Shown here: positions 24,897 through 36,268 of the stretch, piece after piece | How positions within the stretch are numbered: the stretch's first letter is position 1 | Layout of the letters: each line of letters begins with the position of its first letter | Source: Octopus sinensis | Lineage: Eukaryota | Assembly (NCBI RefSeq): GCF_006345805.1 | Contig: NW_021834949.1 | Location: 1 to 44,517, forward strand | DNA length: 44,517 nt | Reading direction: 5' to 3' | Translations under genes and position numbers: made by a program | Notes under the pieces: model-generated | What the model was told of the DNA's origin: nothing | The model's input: the letters and a program-made list of their open reading frames with translations, nothing else | The model's database searches: none

Positions 24897-24900
<4 letters not shown>
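23838..24900. repeat. Near-identical ~530-bp tandem duplication (two copies)
   Basis: Unique block GGATATTGCACAAGAGTGACGTAACATC...GGCACGCC occurs at ~24150 and ~24680; differences are mostly small indels in repeats. Confidence 0.95.
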
Positions 24901-24947
<47 letters not shown>

Positions 24948-25223
24948 CATACTATACCCTCGGCACTTGTAAGGTTGAGTTTTTCTCAGGCGGTCGATTA
25001 TCCACTCTTGTTTCTACTAGAACAATCTCTAGATTTTCTCTACATTTGCTCTCTAATCGAGTATTTTTTATTATTATTATTATCTTATTCTAGAGAAATG
25101 TTGGGTGTTTGTTTCGCGTACACACATACATGTATGCATGCACACGTACATACTTACGTATATCGAAGTATACATACATATATATCTATCTATGTATACA
25201 TGCATGTTTGTTTTGTCTGTTTG

Positions 25224-25269
<46 letters not shown>

Positions 25270-25597
25270 GCTGTGGGTCTGTGTGTGCATGTGTACTTGT
25301 GTACTGAATGCGTCTATGTGTCAGAGTCTGTGTGTCCTTTGGTTTCGTGTTTTCTCTCTTACGAACGTGAAATCGAAAGCTATTTTTTGAATAGATAGAG
25401 CGAATCGCTTACCTGTTTCCTAAACTGTGCTACCAACTCGTGTCTATGTATGTATTTATGTATTATGTATGTATGTATGTATGGTATGTACGTACGTGTG
25501 TATGTATGTAGGTATTATCATATATGTTGTATGTATGTAATGGTGTATGTATGTATGATTAACTGTGTTTTTATATATATATATAATATATACATAC

Positions 25598-25635
<38 letters not shown>

Positions 25636-25645
25636 TATATAGATA

Positions 25646-25678
<33 letters not shown>

Positions 25679-25769
25679 AATATATATTATGTAGGCATAC
25701 CTGTTCATACAGTTGTATTTGTATGTGTGTAAATATTTCTGGATTTGTATATACTTATTGCAGTGAGAT

Positions 25770-26645
25770 TTTTAGAGGGAAGATAAATTGCGTGATCTAG
25801 TTTGATACGAGATTGAGTTAAATAAGGAGGGCGGATATAACATGAAGATGGTGAAGACAAGCATAGAGTTTTTAGGGCGAATCTGAGGTAAAGTGATAGA
25901 ATCTGTATGAGACAGCAGTGAATGATAGGGCTGGAGAGATTCAGTTAGGAAGAGGTGGATAGGAGATGATAAATGGGTAAATATTTTGATGGCGGTTTGA
26001 CAGTGTTTTGAAGTAGAAGAGGAAAATGGGGGTTTATGGTAACTGAGTTGATAAACGAAGGAGAAAGTGAGGGATAGAGGGCAACTTAGAGACACACAGA
26101 GAGAGAGGAGGGAGGAGAGAGTTAGGGAGAGAGAGAATGGAAGACGGTGAAAGATAAAAGATGAGAGAGGGAGAGAGAGTAGGGGGAAAGGAACTAAGAG
26201 AGATAGACAAAGGTTGTGAGGGAGATAGACAACTAAAGGGAGACAGTGAGGGACAAGTGGTGAGATAGAGGCAGGAATAGAGGGAGAGACAAAGAGAGAG
26301 AAAGACAGGGAAGGTAAAGTGTAAGGAGAGAGAGGGAAGGTAAAAGGAGAGAGGAAGAGAGTGAGAGAGAGAATCATAGAGCCAGAGAGTTGTGACATAA
26401 ACGAAGTGATGGAGAGAGTGACGAAAACAGAGACACAAATAGAGAAAGAGAGTGAGAGACAAAGACATTGAGAGACAGAAAGAGACAAAGAGAGAGTGAG
26501 AGAGAGACGAAAGAAGAGCGGTAGATATATACAAGGCGGGAGATAAAAAACGTTAGATAATTGGAGTGAGAGAGAGAGATGCAAATAGAAAAGACGAAAG
26601 GAGAGCAGGTGAAAGAGAGAAAGAGAGAGAAAGAGAGAGAATGAG
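25770..26645. repeat. Long degenerate purine-rich (GA/GAGA/GGAG) tract
   Basis: Strong strand asymmetry; the 270-aa Leu/Ser ORF on the minus strand is its artefact. Confidence 0.9.
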
Positions 26646-26774
26646 TGTTGGAAGAGGGAGCAACAGGTGTATCCTCACTTGTTTGAAAGGATGGTTGAGC
26701 GAGAGAACCAAACATTCGCTTCATTTTATAAGAGATTTCCGTTGCATTTGGCTATCAATACATAGGAAATTTAT

Positions 26775-26905
26775 TGCACCGAAGCCGACTTTGCCTTTGA
26801 TCCTTTCGGGAATCGAAGAAATAAGAATTATTTGGGTACTGGGTTCGATGTAATCGGCCCAGTCCCTCACCCGAAATTGCTGGTCTTGTGCCAAAAATTG
26901 AAGCC
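26775..26905 (+). mobile_element. SINE 3' fragment
   Basis: CCGAAGCCGACTTTGCCTTTGATCCTTTCGGG...ACTGGGTTCGATGTAATCG...GGTCTTGTGCCAAAAATTGAA. Confidence 0.75.
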
Positions 26906-27802
26906 AATATATAGGAAATTTCCTTGAAGTGTTCGATACTTCCAATTATCGAACTCCTATATTGAACTCTGCAATAAACTAATTGTTGCAGTCACTGACC
27001 GTCACACGTTTCTTTCGATTCCAGATTTGTCTTTATCCACATAGGGATCAAATATCAGGAAGTAACAACCGGAAACATCTCAGAAGATGCTATACAAATC
27101 TTCTACAATGTCTGCTGTGCAAACACATCTTTATATTTGCTTGTTATAAAGAAATACTGTAACTTCTCTATCGGAACCCATTTCCTCATTTTAAAGTTAT
27201 CACAGCTTTCATCACTGTATACATACTACATTCATATTTTTTTCTTGTAATTTTTTAATTAATTCCTTCTGATACAATTCTTGATTGTTTCATTGTACTC
27301 CAAACAGGTGTATCACTTCACGTGTTAACGGAACGCTACTGTTTGGCTGGAATAGATAGCTCTGAGGGTGAGTGGGGAAAAAGGCAAAAGAAATGTAAGA
27401 AAATCCAACATCACCACTTGATTGTATCTTTATCGGTGTCGGAAGGTGGAAAGACAATTTATCGTGATAGCGTTTGAAACAGAAGTTCCCGGGTCTAAGG
27501 TTTTGAGGAGTGCGGAAGAACTTCTCAGCCACTGTTGTTCCCAGGTCTTACTCGAAATAGTACCACTTGTCAGAGTTTCGACTATGGTTCAATTAGCTTC
27601 TTTATAGAAGAAACTCGAAGCATACGCCCTCAATGCCTTGTGAGTTCCTTGAGAAAGAAATGGCTTGAGGAGTCAGCTGCGACAGCAAACCGAGAACCCA
27701 CAGGCGATTCAATGACCTTTTTGACACCCTTCCGGCAGCTCTAAGAATGGTGGGATTCTCTCGCTCTGTAAGATAATTCACCTTGGAGAAGCTGATATTA
27801 AT

Positions 27803-27990
27803 GAAGGTGGTGAGATGGAAGAAACGTTAGCACGCCGGGAGAAATGCATAGCAGTATTCCGTCTGTTTTTCTGTTCTGAGTTCAAATTCCAACGAGGTCG
27901 ACTTCGCCTTTTATTCTTTCGGGGTTGATAAATTAAGTACTAGTTGCATACTGGAGTCTATCTCATCGACTGGCCTTCTCCTAGAGTAAT
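27803..27990 (+). mobile_element. tRNA-derived SINE
   Basis: GAAACGTTAGCACGCCGGG.GAAATGC...TTCTGAGTTCAAATTCC..CGAGGTCGACTT.GCCTT...GATAAATTAAGTAC. Confidence 0.85.
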
Positions 27991-28075
27991 AGACACGGAT
28001 TGTGAGGAAATAGTAAAATATCTCAATTTAAAATCCAAACTTCAGAGAATCTGAAATGACTGTAAAATTTTCATT

Positions 28076-28420
28076 ATTACTTCCGTCAAAGGAAGGCGGA
28101 GATATTCTTTTCAGTCGTGTTTGTTTGATTGTCCGTGAATAAGATATCTTAAGAATCGCGTAATGGATTCGAATGAAACTTTCAGAGATGTCTGGCTTCG
28201 TGACTGGCACAAACTGCTTATATTTTGGGATCGATCCGGTACTGGACAAGGAATCTGGATTATTTTCCTTGTCTTTTTACTTAATCTTTGAGAGCGGTCG
28301 GGTTCATTTTTAGTATTCTCGTTTGTGAGAGCAATCGAGTATATTTCAGATATTCTTATTTTAAAAATCAACTCTGGCTAATCGTTGAGAGGACACTGGT
28401 GTTGCCTTGGCAATGAAATA
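28076..28420 (+). mobile_element. Helentron-associated HINE/DINE-1-like non-autonomous element
   Basis: 5' ATTACTTCCGTCAAAGGAAGGCGGAG (sub-terminal IR plus hairpin), GTTTGTTTG..TGTCCGTG core, GGATT..AATGAAACTTT block and 3' inverted CCTTGGC. The architecture is recalled from known HINEs. Confidence 0.55.
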
Positions 28421-28638
28421 GGAGCCTCAGGACCAGCAGCAACAGCTTCAAATAATTGGTTGAAGATGTTGGATATAGAAATAAATTTCCTGATCTTACA
28501 GAAAGTCTCTTTGCTTGACAGAGCAAAAACAATAGGAAAGATGTTAGAAACCTTAGCGTACGAGGTAAAGCTTTACAATTAAGATCCACCACCAGTAGAA
28601 TAACTGTGAAATACTAGTAAATTTATAGGAATACACTT

Positions 28639-28639
28639 T

Positions 28640-28681
<42 letters not shown>

Positions 28682-28918
28682 AGAGTAGTAGTAGTAGTTC
28701 TACGATAGGCACAAGGCCTGTGATCTGAGGTAAAGTGGGGCGGGGCAGTCGATTACATTGACCCCCCCCCCAGTACTTGATTAGTACTTATTTCATCGAC
28801 CCCGAAATGATGAAAGCCAAAGTCCTCCTCTGCGGAATTTGAACTCAGAATATGAAGAACGAAGCACCGCTAACCATCTTGTTCGACATGCTAACGTTTC
28901 AGCCAAATCGTCGTCTTA
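28639..28918 (-). mobile_element. tRNA-derived SINE with (CTA)n tail
   Basis: Family body at 28698-28918; (TAG)n at 28639-28697 is its 3' tail. Confidence 0.85.
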
Positions 28919-30574
28919 ATAATAACAATAATAAAAATATGATGATGATGAGGTGCAGGAGGAGGAAGATGACGAGGAGAGGAGGAGCGGGAAGATTCCC
29001 TTCATTGGCCATAAGGGCTCAAGACATTTAAGTCAATATCGAAGGCTGAAATGTAACTCACAGAGATGGTGTTTTATATTGATTAAAAATGGAAGCCACA
29101 ACAATAAAGACATGACAAATGATATAAAAAAAGTGAAATTCAGAAAAATAAATAAGCGGTATCCCTGTTTTCAGTGCAATCTCCTATGAGTAATTTTTGA
29201 GAGGAAAAACCTCGACGAAATGCCCGGATGTCCACTAATTGAAAAATTTATTGCCGTCATCTTTCATTGAAGTGTACCCGATACATTCTGCAGTATATTT
29301 CTTTATCAATATTGATTAACCTTCAATAAGGCTTTTAAACGAAGATTGTTGAAAAAAATATCGTCAGCGCATATTAAATGTTATGTCATCAGAGCAAAAG
29401 ACTGTATCGAAAACTGAAAATTATATATCATGTTGTTCCCATCAGCCTTTAAACCTAAATGTATCGTGAGATGTGGTAAAGGTGTTCTTTGTGCTGATAA
29501 AATATTTTCCTACAGCCTTATGAACAAGAATCTACAAGGTAGCTATATGTTTACAGTGGTACAGAACATAGCGATCAGAATATGAATAATCGAATAATAC
29601 AAACATACGGCTTTTTACAGAAAGCAAATGGAAAACCCAAATAGCTTGGCTATGATTGTCATGTAGAGATTGTTTAACTAAAAAAAAAAAAGAAAGTAGA
29701 AAACTAGAGATAAAATTGCAGTGTGTGATTTATGTTTCGATGAAAATTATATCGGAACAAGTAGTGGAATATATGATGTGATACAAAAAGATAAGACCCT
29801 ACACGACGACGTTTCCGGAAAGGAATGTAATATTTTAGCATTTTAACGGGGAATGTTAAATGAAAATAAAGTGGGAAATAGATGCATAGTATCATTTGCT
29901 ATGTAAATATGACTAAGAAGTGTAGTCTTTGTATTGCTGACAAATACGTTGTGCGAGATCGCAATGCAGCTGTTTTCCGTAACATTGAATGGAAGGAATG
30001 TAGCAGGTTGTCAAGAAATATTTGCGACCTAAATGAGATAATATATAAGCATGAAACTCAGGTAGAAACTCGATGTGTAGTGCCATTTAGTATGTAAATA
30101 TCACTAAGAAGACATCTATGGGCATTGCAGAAAAATAGACAATGGAAGAGCTCTGTTTAGTCAACAAAAGAATCGAGATATTTTCTGGGGTAGGCAACAG
30201 AATAAATGCATTTTGGCGTATTGGTCTCAGTTAGAGATAGAATTGATATCTCACTGGATTAGTATGATAATGATAGTAATAAAGAAAAGAAAGCAGCAAC
30301 GTCGACGTAGTTTTGTAGTTGCCATTTGAAACACAATATGGATGAAGGGACAAAACAGATTGGCCAATGAAGAGACAATGACTACAGGATTAAGCATAGG
30401 CAGAAATATACTCAGCTATTTTTCGTTTTTGGATTTGGTTTGCAAGATTCTTTATATGAGTTCGTGTGTTGAAGCACATTCTGTTGAGTCTAGGGAGAGT
30501 AATTTTCTTTTGTGCCTTATTATGTAACACCCTCACCGGTAAAATTTCCACTTTTTTCTTATTTTTATTGTCCT

Positions 30575-30643
30575 AAAATTTTCGTTGCGTCTTGCAAACT
30601 TTTCAATAGTTTGGAAAAGGTTGCAAGACGCAACGAAAATTTT
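30575..30643. other. 69-nt hairpin with perfect 23-bp arms
   Basis: AAAATTTTCGTTGCGTCTTGCAA ... TTGCAAGACGCAACGAAAATTTT, with further inner pairing CTTTTC/GAAAAG. Confidence 0.95.
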
Positions 30644-30729
30644 GTAGATTTAAACACAAACAGGCGAGCCTTGTTGTACCATTTATCTACTTATATATAT
30701 ATATCATTTGCCATATATATATATATCAT

Positions 30730-30905
30730 TTGCCATGACAGATCACTAGGCACTACACATTCTTTATTTTCTCTCCTTATTTCTTTCTGTGTTCCTTTCT
30801 GTGGAAGAGCGTAGGCTCAAAACGTAAAAGACTTTTTCACTTCTCGAGCGTTATAATTATACATCTGTTTATTGTCTACACCACTTGTCCTCGTCTTTTG
30901 TTTTT
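30730..30905 (+). mobile_element. Penelope-like terminal-repeat fragment with variant hammerhead motif (30795-30830)
   Basis: CTTT-CTGTGGA-A-GAGC(GTAG)GCTC-AAAAC-GTA-AAAG; the downstream flank is homologous to 40068-40129 and 42670-42770. Confidence 0.55.
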
Positions 30906-30961
30906 GTTTTTGTAAATTCTCTCTCTCTCTCTCTCTGTATATATATATATATATATATATA

Positions 30962-31084
30962 GGACGGGCTTCTTCCAGTTTCCATCTACCAATTGCAATC
31001 AAAAGGCTTTGGTCGGGTGCCACACTGAACCCGGAACCATGTGTTTGGGAAGTAAGTTTCTTACCACATAGCCACGCCTGCGCT
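30962..31084 (-). mobile_element. SINE 5' part (same family as 36269)
   Basis: Minus strand GCGCAGGCGTGGCTATGTGGTAAG...GGTTCCGGGTTCAGT. Confidence 0.8.
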
Positions 31085-31137
<53 letters not shown>

Positions 31138-31896
31138 ATATTTGTGTGAGTGTGTGTGTGTGTGTGTATATGTGTGTGTGTATATATGTATGTATACACA
31201 TAAAATTTGATTAGCTTAAAAGCTATTTGAAATATAGTAATATAAAGAGTGAATCAGTAAAAATAATTTGCATACGAATTGAAATCTACTTCTCTACTGT
31301 GTAATCCCAATACTCACACATACAAGCACACACACATACACACACACATACACGCATATACGCACACATGCACCTACATACATACACATACTCATGTCTC
31401 TAACAGCGATTATGTTCATAAAACTATTATTACATTAATTTTGTTATCAATGTGTAAATAATACGTATTCTTGGTTGCATATATATATATATATGGTTGT
31501 GTACATATTCGTTTGTAAATATATATATATGAAACTGTGTGTATGTACGTATGTGTGTACGAGTGTACCAGTGCTGTGTGAAGTGAAGTGGATAAAGAGT
31601 TAATAGGACATTTTGAGGGGAAGAACAACAGATTCTACTGTACAATATTCACACTCCATTAGCGATAAATGCTTTAATTTGACCACGCTTCATTTCAGAT
31701 GTGTTAGCTGCTTGGTGTTGTGTGTTTATACATGATATTTATATGTCGGAATTACATCTTCTGTTATATAAAGTATGTTCTTATCTGACTTCTGTCTGCA
31801 CATCTTTGTGGCTATCTCTGAAATTATTTTCCTCTTTTACATTAATTATACAGGCATACATACATACATACATACATACATACATACATACATACA

Positions 31897-31928
<32 letters not shown>

Positions 31929-32133
31929 CGCACCTTACTTTCTGGTATATAAGTTAACGTAGTGTATGGCGTAAAGCTGTCGTGCGAACATTCAAACCTC
32001 GCCATTATCGTTTCGAATCCTGCTGCGTTCCCGTTGATGTTTAACTCAACCAATCCATTTTACCCGTAAATTTCGGTCTGAAATATTCGACTTCTATGCA
32101 ATGAATGTATACGTATACATTCACACACACGCG

Positions 32134-32198
<65 letters not shown>

Positions 32199-32561
32199 CA
32201 AACACACACACACACACGTATATATTTAAACTTTAAAAGAGTTAAAATATGTCTATGACATGTGAGCTTCTACAGAAAAATTCACTGAATATACCACGGA
32301 GAAAAATTCCTCTCATTTGGTAAAAAGTGTAAAAACGCCATATCTGCCCATTGCTTCCCCGCTATAGGATTCTCGAGACGTGTATGTATGCATATATACT
32401 CAAATACATATGCATGTATGTGTGTGTGTTTGTTGTTTTATGGGATGATTCAACGGAAAATTGCCTGACGACGCTGTGACATTCTCAGGAGAAACAGAAA
32501 GAATAGAGAAAATAGGCGTGTATATATCTGAAAATAATCTTCCGGGCCAATCAGATGTTTC

Positions 32562-32598
<37 letters not shown>

Positions 32599-33040
32599 CT
32601 AGCAGATATACCAGGTGTTGGCCGAGTCACATAGAATTGAAGAATTATACTTTTCTTTTCTATCGTCTCTAATGAACTGGAATACCTGTGATACGAATTT
32701 CATCAAAATTGGAGATTAAGAATTTTAACGAGGGTTCTTTCCCTCTTTACACACCCTAACAAAAATTCTAATCATGACATATTTATCTCATACTACTCAT
32801 CTTTATGTTCAGTTTCCAAAATCCATATCTTATGAACTCCTGGAAAATGGAGCATATGGAGTACATGGAGCGCTAAAATATGGGAGTGAAGGCCCCTATT
32901 GGGGAGGGGATCTTAAAGTCAACCAGAGAAGTTGAATTGTTGGGAATCTTTTTTCAACCTTGGTCTTATATCTATTGTTCAAATTTCTTTGAAATTGGAA
33001 ATATATGAATGTTCACTGGGTTTTGTTTATATATATATGT
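32599..33040 (-). mobile_element. Older non-autonomous Helitron (different family)
   Basis: A|CTAGCAGATATACCAGGTGTTGGCCGAG is a degenerate 3' hairpin plus CTAG end; the other end grades into TTTTGTTTATATATATAT. Confidence 0.55.
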
Positions 33041-33129
33041 ATTATGCATGTATGTATGTACGTATGTGCATACATCATGCTGCCTCTTTGTGATTATCTG
33101 TAGCAGTAGTTACACACTCGCCCAATCTT

Positions 33130-33241
33130 CCCTTCATAAATACTAATCTCTCGCGCTCTCTTTCTTTCTTTTTCTCTCTTTCTCTCTGTCTCTCTGTCTC
33201 TCTTTCCCTCTTTCCCTCCCTCCTATCTCTCACTCTCTCTT

Positions 33242-33283
<42 letters not shown>

Positions 33284-33817
33284 ATTCTCACTCACCCAAC
33301 TTTAGAGGATCCGTTCCGCTTTTGATAAATTTTCTTTCTTTTTGCTTCTTTCTTTCCATCTTTCTTTTTGTCTTTCTTTCATATTTTCATTCTTCCTTCC
33401 TTTCTTTTTATCTTCCTTTCTCTCTTTCATTCTTTCATTCATTCTTTCTTTCTTTTTTCTGTCGTTCCTCCATTACAGGATACACCTTCCCTCATTCTTT
33501 CTCTCGATTTATTCAGTCTGTCCGTCTCTTTCTCTCGCCCGCTCTCTCGCCCGCTCTCTCCCCCTCTCTCTCTCCCTCCTTCTTGCCCTCTCCTTTATAA
33601 ATGATGTGCTTAAAAATAAAGCGAAATTGAAATTATTGATGATAATGCCTATGATGATGATGATGGCAATGATGATGTCGAGAATAAAGAGACAGAGGAG
33701 GAGGAGGAGATGGCTGATGTTGACAGGGATGATGAGGAGGGGTGGAGAAGGAGGGGGAATATAGCGGCGGTGATAAATGATGAGGAGGAGAAGGTGTATA
33801 GCACTGATGATAATGGA

Positions 33818-33853
<36 letters not shown>

Positions 33854-33854
33854 T

Positions 33855-33889
<35 letters not shown>

Positions 33890-34160
33890 ATGATGTCGAC
33901 GATGATGATGACGACGGTGATGATGATGGTAATCGTGATTGTGATACTGGTATAAATGACGAATGATGACGCTATATGATTATGTTGATGATGATGACAA
34001 TGGTGATGATAATGCTGATGATAATGATGGAGAATATTGATAACGTTTCTGACACTCATAATAATTTATCATCACCGTTATTGTCATCGCAGTCGTCACT
34101 GTTGTCACCATCATCGTCGTCGTCGTCGTCGTCATCATCAACATCATCATAATCATCATC
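33130..34160. repeat. (CT/CTTT)n tract followed by (GAT)n then inverted (CAT)n
   Basis: Directly visible. Confidence 0.9.
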
Positions 34161-34287
34161 TTCCTGATCAGGATGTACACTATATTCCTAAACCACCCGT
34201 TTTTGTAAGCGATATTGCGTTATGTGGGAGAAGGTCAGACAGCCTGACTGTTCAGATTGAAACAGTAGAAGTATATACATATATATG

Positions 34288-34380
<93 letters not shown>

Positions 34381-34389
34381 ATGTGCATA

Positions 34390-34425
<36 letters not shown>

Positions 34426-34549
34426 TGTATGTATGTATGTATGTATATAAAGTTAATCCAAACATGAAATTATAAAGAGAAAACACTACAACGCGAGGAC
34501 GTGGAACAAGTATAGCGTTATTGGACGCTGAGGAAAAGAAAGAAAAAGG

Positions 34550-34584
34550 ATTTAACGTTTCGAGAGAAGCTCTTCGTCAGAAAC
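34550..34584 (-). ncRNA. Minimal type-I hammerhead ribozyme motif (best-preserved copy) within a Penelope-like terminal repeat (~34490-34680)
   Basis: Minus strand GTTT-CTGACGA-A-GAG(CTTCT)CTC-GAAAC-GTT-AAAT: intact CUGANGA and GAAA core, stem I GTTT/AAAT, palindromic AACGTT. Confidence 0.65.
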
Positions 34585-34924
34585 ATAGAAAAAGGAAAGA
34601 TCCAAGGAAGGGAAGATGGAGGGGAAAAATCGCCAGCGATACCCACGCGGTCACATATTGAATGACCGGAAGAGAATTATATTATATATATATCTATATA
34701 TATAAACATGTATGTATCGTTTTACTGTAAGTTGTGTTGTGGACGCTTTACAGACACTCACACCTACATACAAACATACATACCTATATGCATACGAAAA
34801 TACCGTTGTTGATGTTGAAATTCCAATGAAGGAGCCTGAGATCTAGATTAGAAACCGGCTCTTTCTCTATTGACGGGAAATCTTGAAAACAAAAACAGAA
34901 TAATGACATACATACTCATGCATA

Positions 34925-35310
34925 CGAGGGTGTTCTTTGAGCCAGTTCTTCAGTACAGTTTCACTTCCTCGTCGGGAATAATTTAGCGCCTTCAGGCTAT
35001 CATATTTTCGGCCCCATGAAAGAGGGTTTGAGAGGCAAACATTATTCCAGTGATGAAGAAGTGGAAACTATAGTGAAGAAGTGGAAAATATAGTGAAGAA
35101 GTGGCTCAAAGAACAATCAGCAGAACGGGGCAGGGATACATGCTCACATTCGAAGGTGGAACATTGGTATTGTGAGAAACGGTGACTATGTTGAGAAGTA
35201 GGGATGTAATACACAGAGGACCTGCTTCCTTTTGATGCATGATACATATTCCTGTGTTGGTAATTATACCCGTCCTAAACAAAATAGCATTACTTTTTGA
35301 CTCACCCTCG
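34925..35310 (+). mobile_element. Internally deleted mariner element
   Basis: TA|CGAGGGTG ... CACCCTCG|TA ends; remnant LAPSGYHIFGPMKEGLRGKHYSSDEEV..VKKWLKEQS...RRWNI...NGDYVEK* (YSPDLAPSD region). Confidence 0.9.
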
Positions 35311-35409
35311 TATACACCTACATGCATACATGCATACATGCATAGATATATACATACATACATACATACATATGCCCATTTCTGTCCTGTAGTTTGTATC
35401 TGAGAAGCT

Positions 35410-35420
35410 ATGAATGTTTG

Positions 35421-35467
<47 letters not shown>

Positions 35468-35507
35468 AGTGCCGCTGCTGCTACTACTACTACTACTACT
35501 ACTACTA

Positions 35508-35540
<33 letters not shown>

Positions 35541-35810
35541 AAGCACAACATATTAAGCAACCGGCACTAACGACGCTTTTATGTCGTTCAGCACATGAAT
35601 AAGAATTTATTTATTACGGCGACGGCGATGCTGCTGCTACTGCTGCTGCTACTGCTGCTGCATCTACTAACGATGATGATGATGATGACGATGACGACGA
35701 CCACGATGACGATGCTGCAACTCCTACTGCTGCTACTGCATCTACTGACGACGACGATGATGATGATCATGATGATCATGATGAAGATGATCATGATGAA
35801 GGGTGATAAT
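35410..35810. repeat. (CTA)n/(CTG)n/(GAT)n trinucleotide array
   Basis: Directly visible. Confidence 0.95.
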
Positions 35811-36268
35811 GCCGAAGAAGATACTACACCGCATCCACTGGGACACACATCATTAAGTCTTTGCTCGATCGAACAGATCGAAAGCCTATTTCACACTTGA
35901 CTGATATGTCATTCGATGATCTTCCGCCGCCCCGCCCCGCCCAGCACCCCCACGCTCCCACTTCCCTCCCTCCCTCCCTCCCTCCGTCATCTCATCCTTC
36001 CCACCCACCTCTCGCGTCCAACCTACAATCCATCTTGCAGCCCCTCCTCCACACACACACACACGCACACACACCCAAACCCATTCCCATACCCAGCTAA
36101 TGATGTAAGACAGTGTTGATTCCAGCGGGATTTTTAGTCTGTGAGAATCGAAAAACTTTATATTCCTTGCTGTTGTAGTAGTCGTTGTTGTTGTCGTTGT
36201 TGATTACGTAGAGATCAGACTCGATCGCCTAGTTTTATGATTAAAAGTTCTCCAAATGTGACCATCCC

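Noticed and set aside
25772-26584. 270-aa minus-strand ORF
   Set aside because: Leu/Ser/Pro artefact of the GA-rich tract.
27400-27760. GC-richer segment that may be a LINE remnant
   Set aside because: No recognisable motif in any frame that I could justify; left unclassified.
34805-34905. Short dispersed repeat with GAAACCGG, possibly a hammerhead
   Set aside because: The core reads CCAATGA and stem II is poor.
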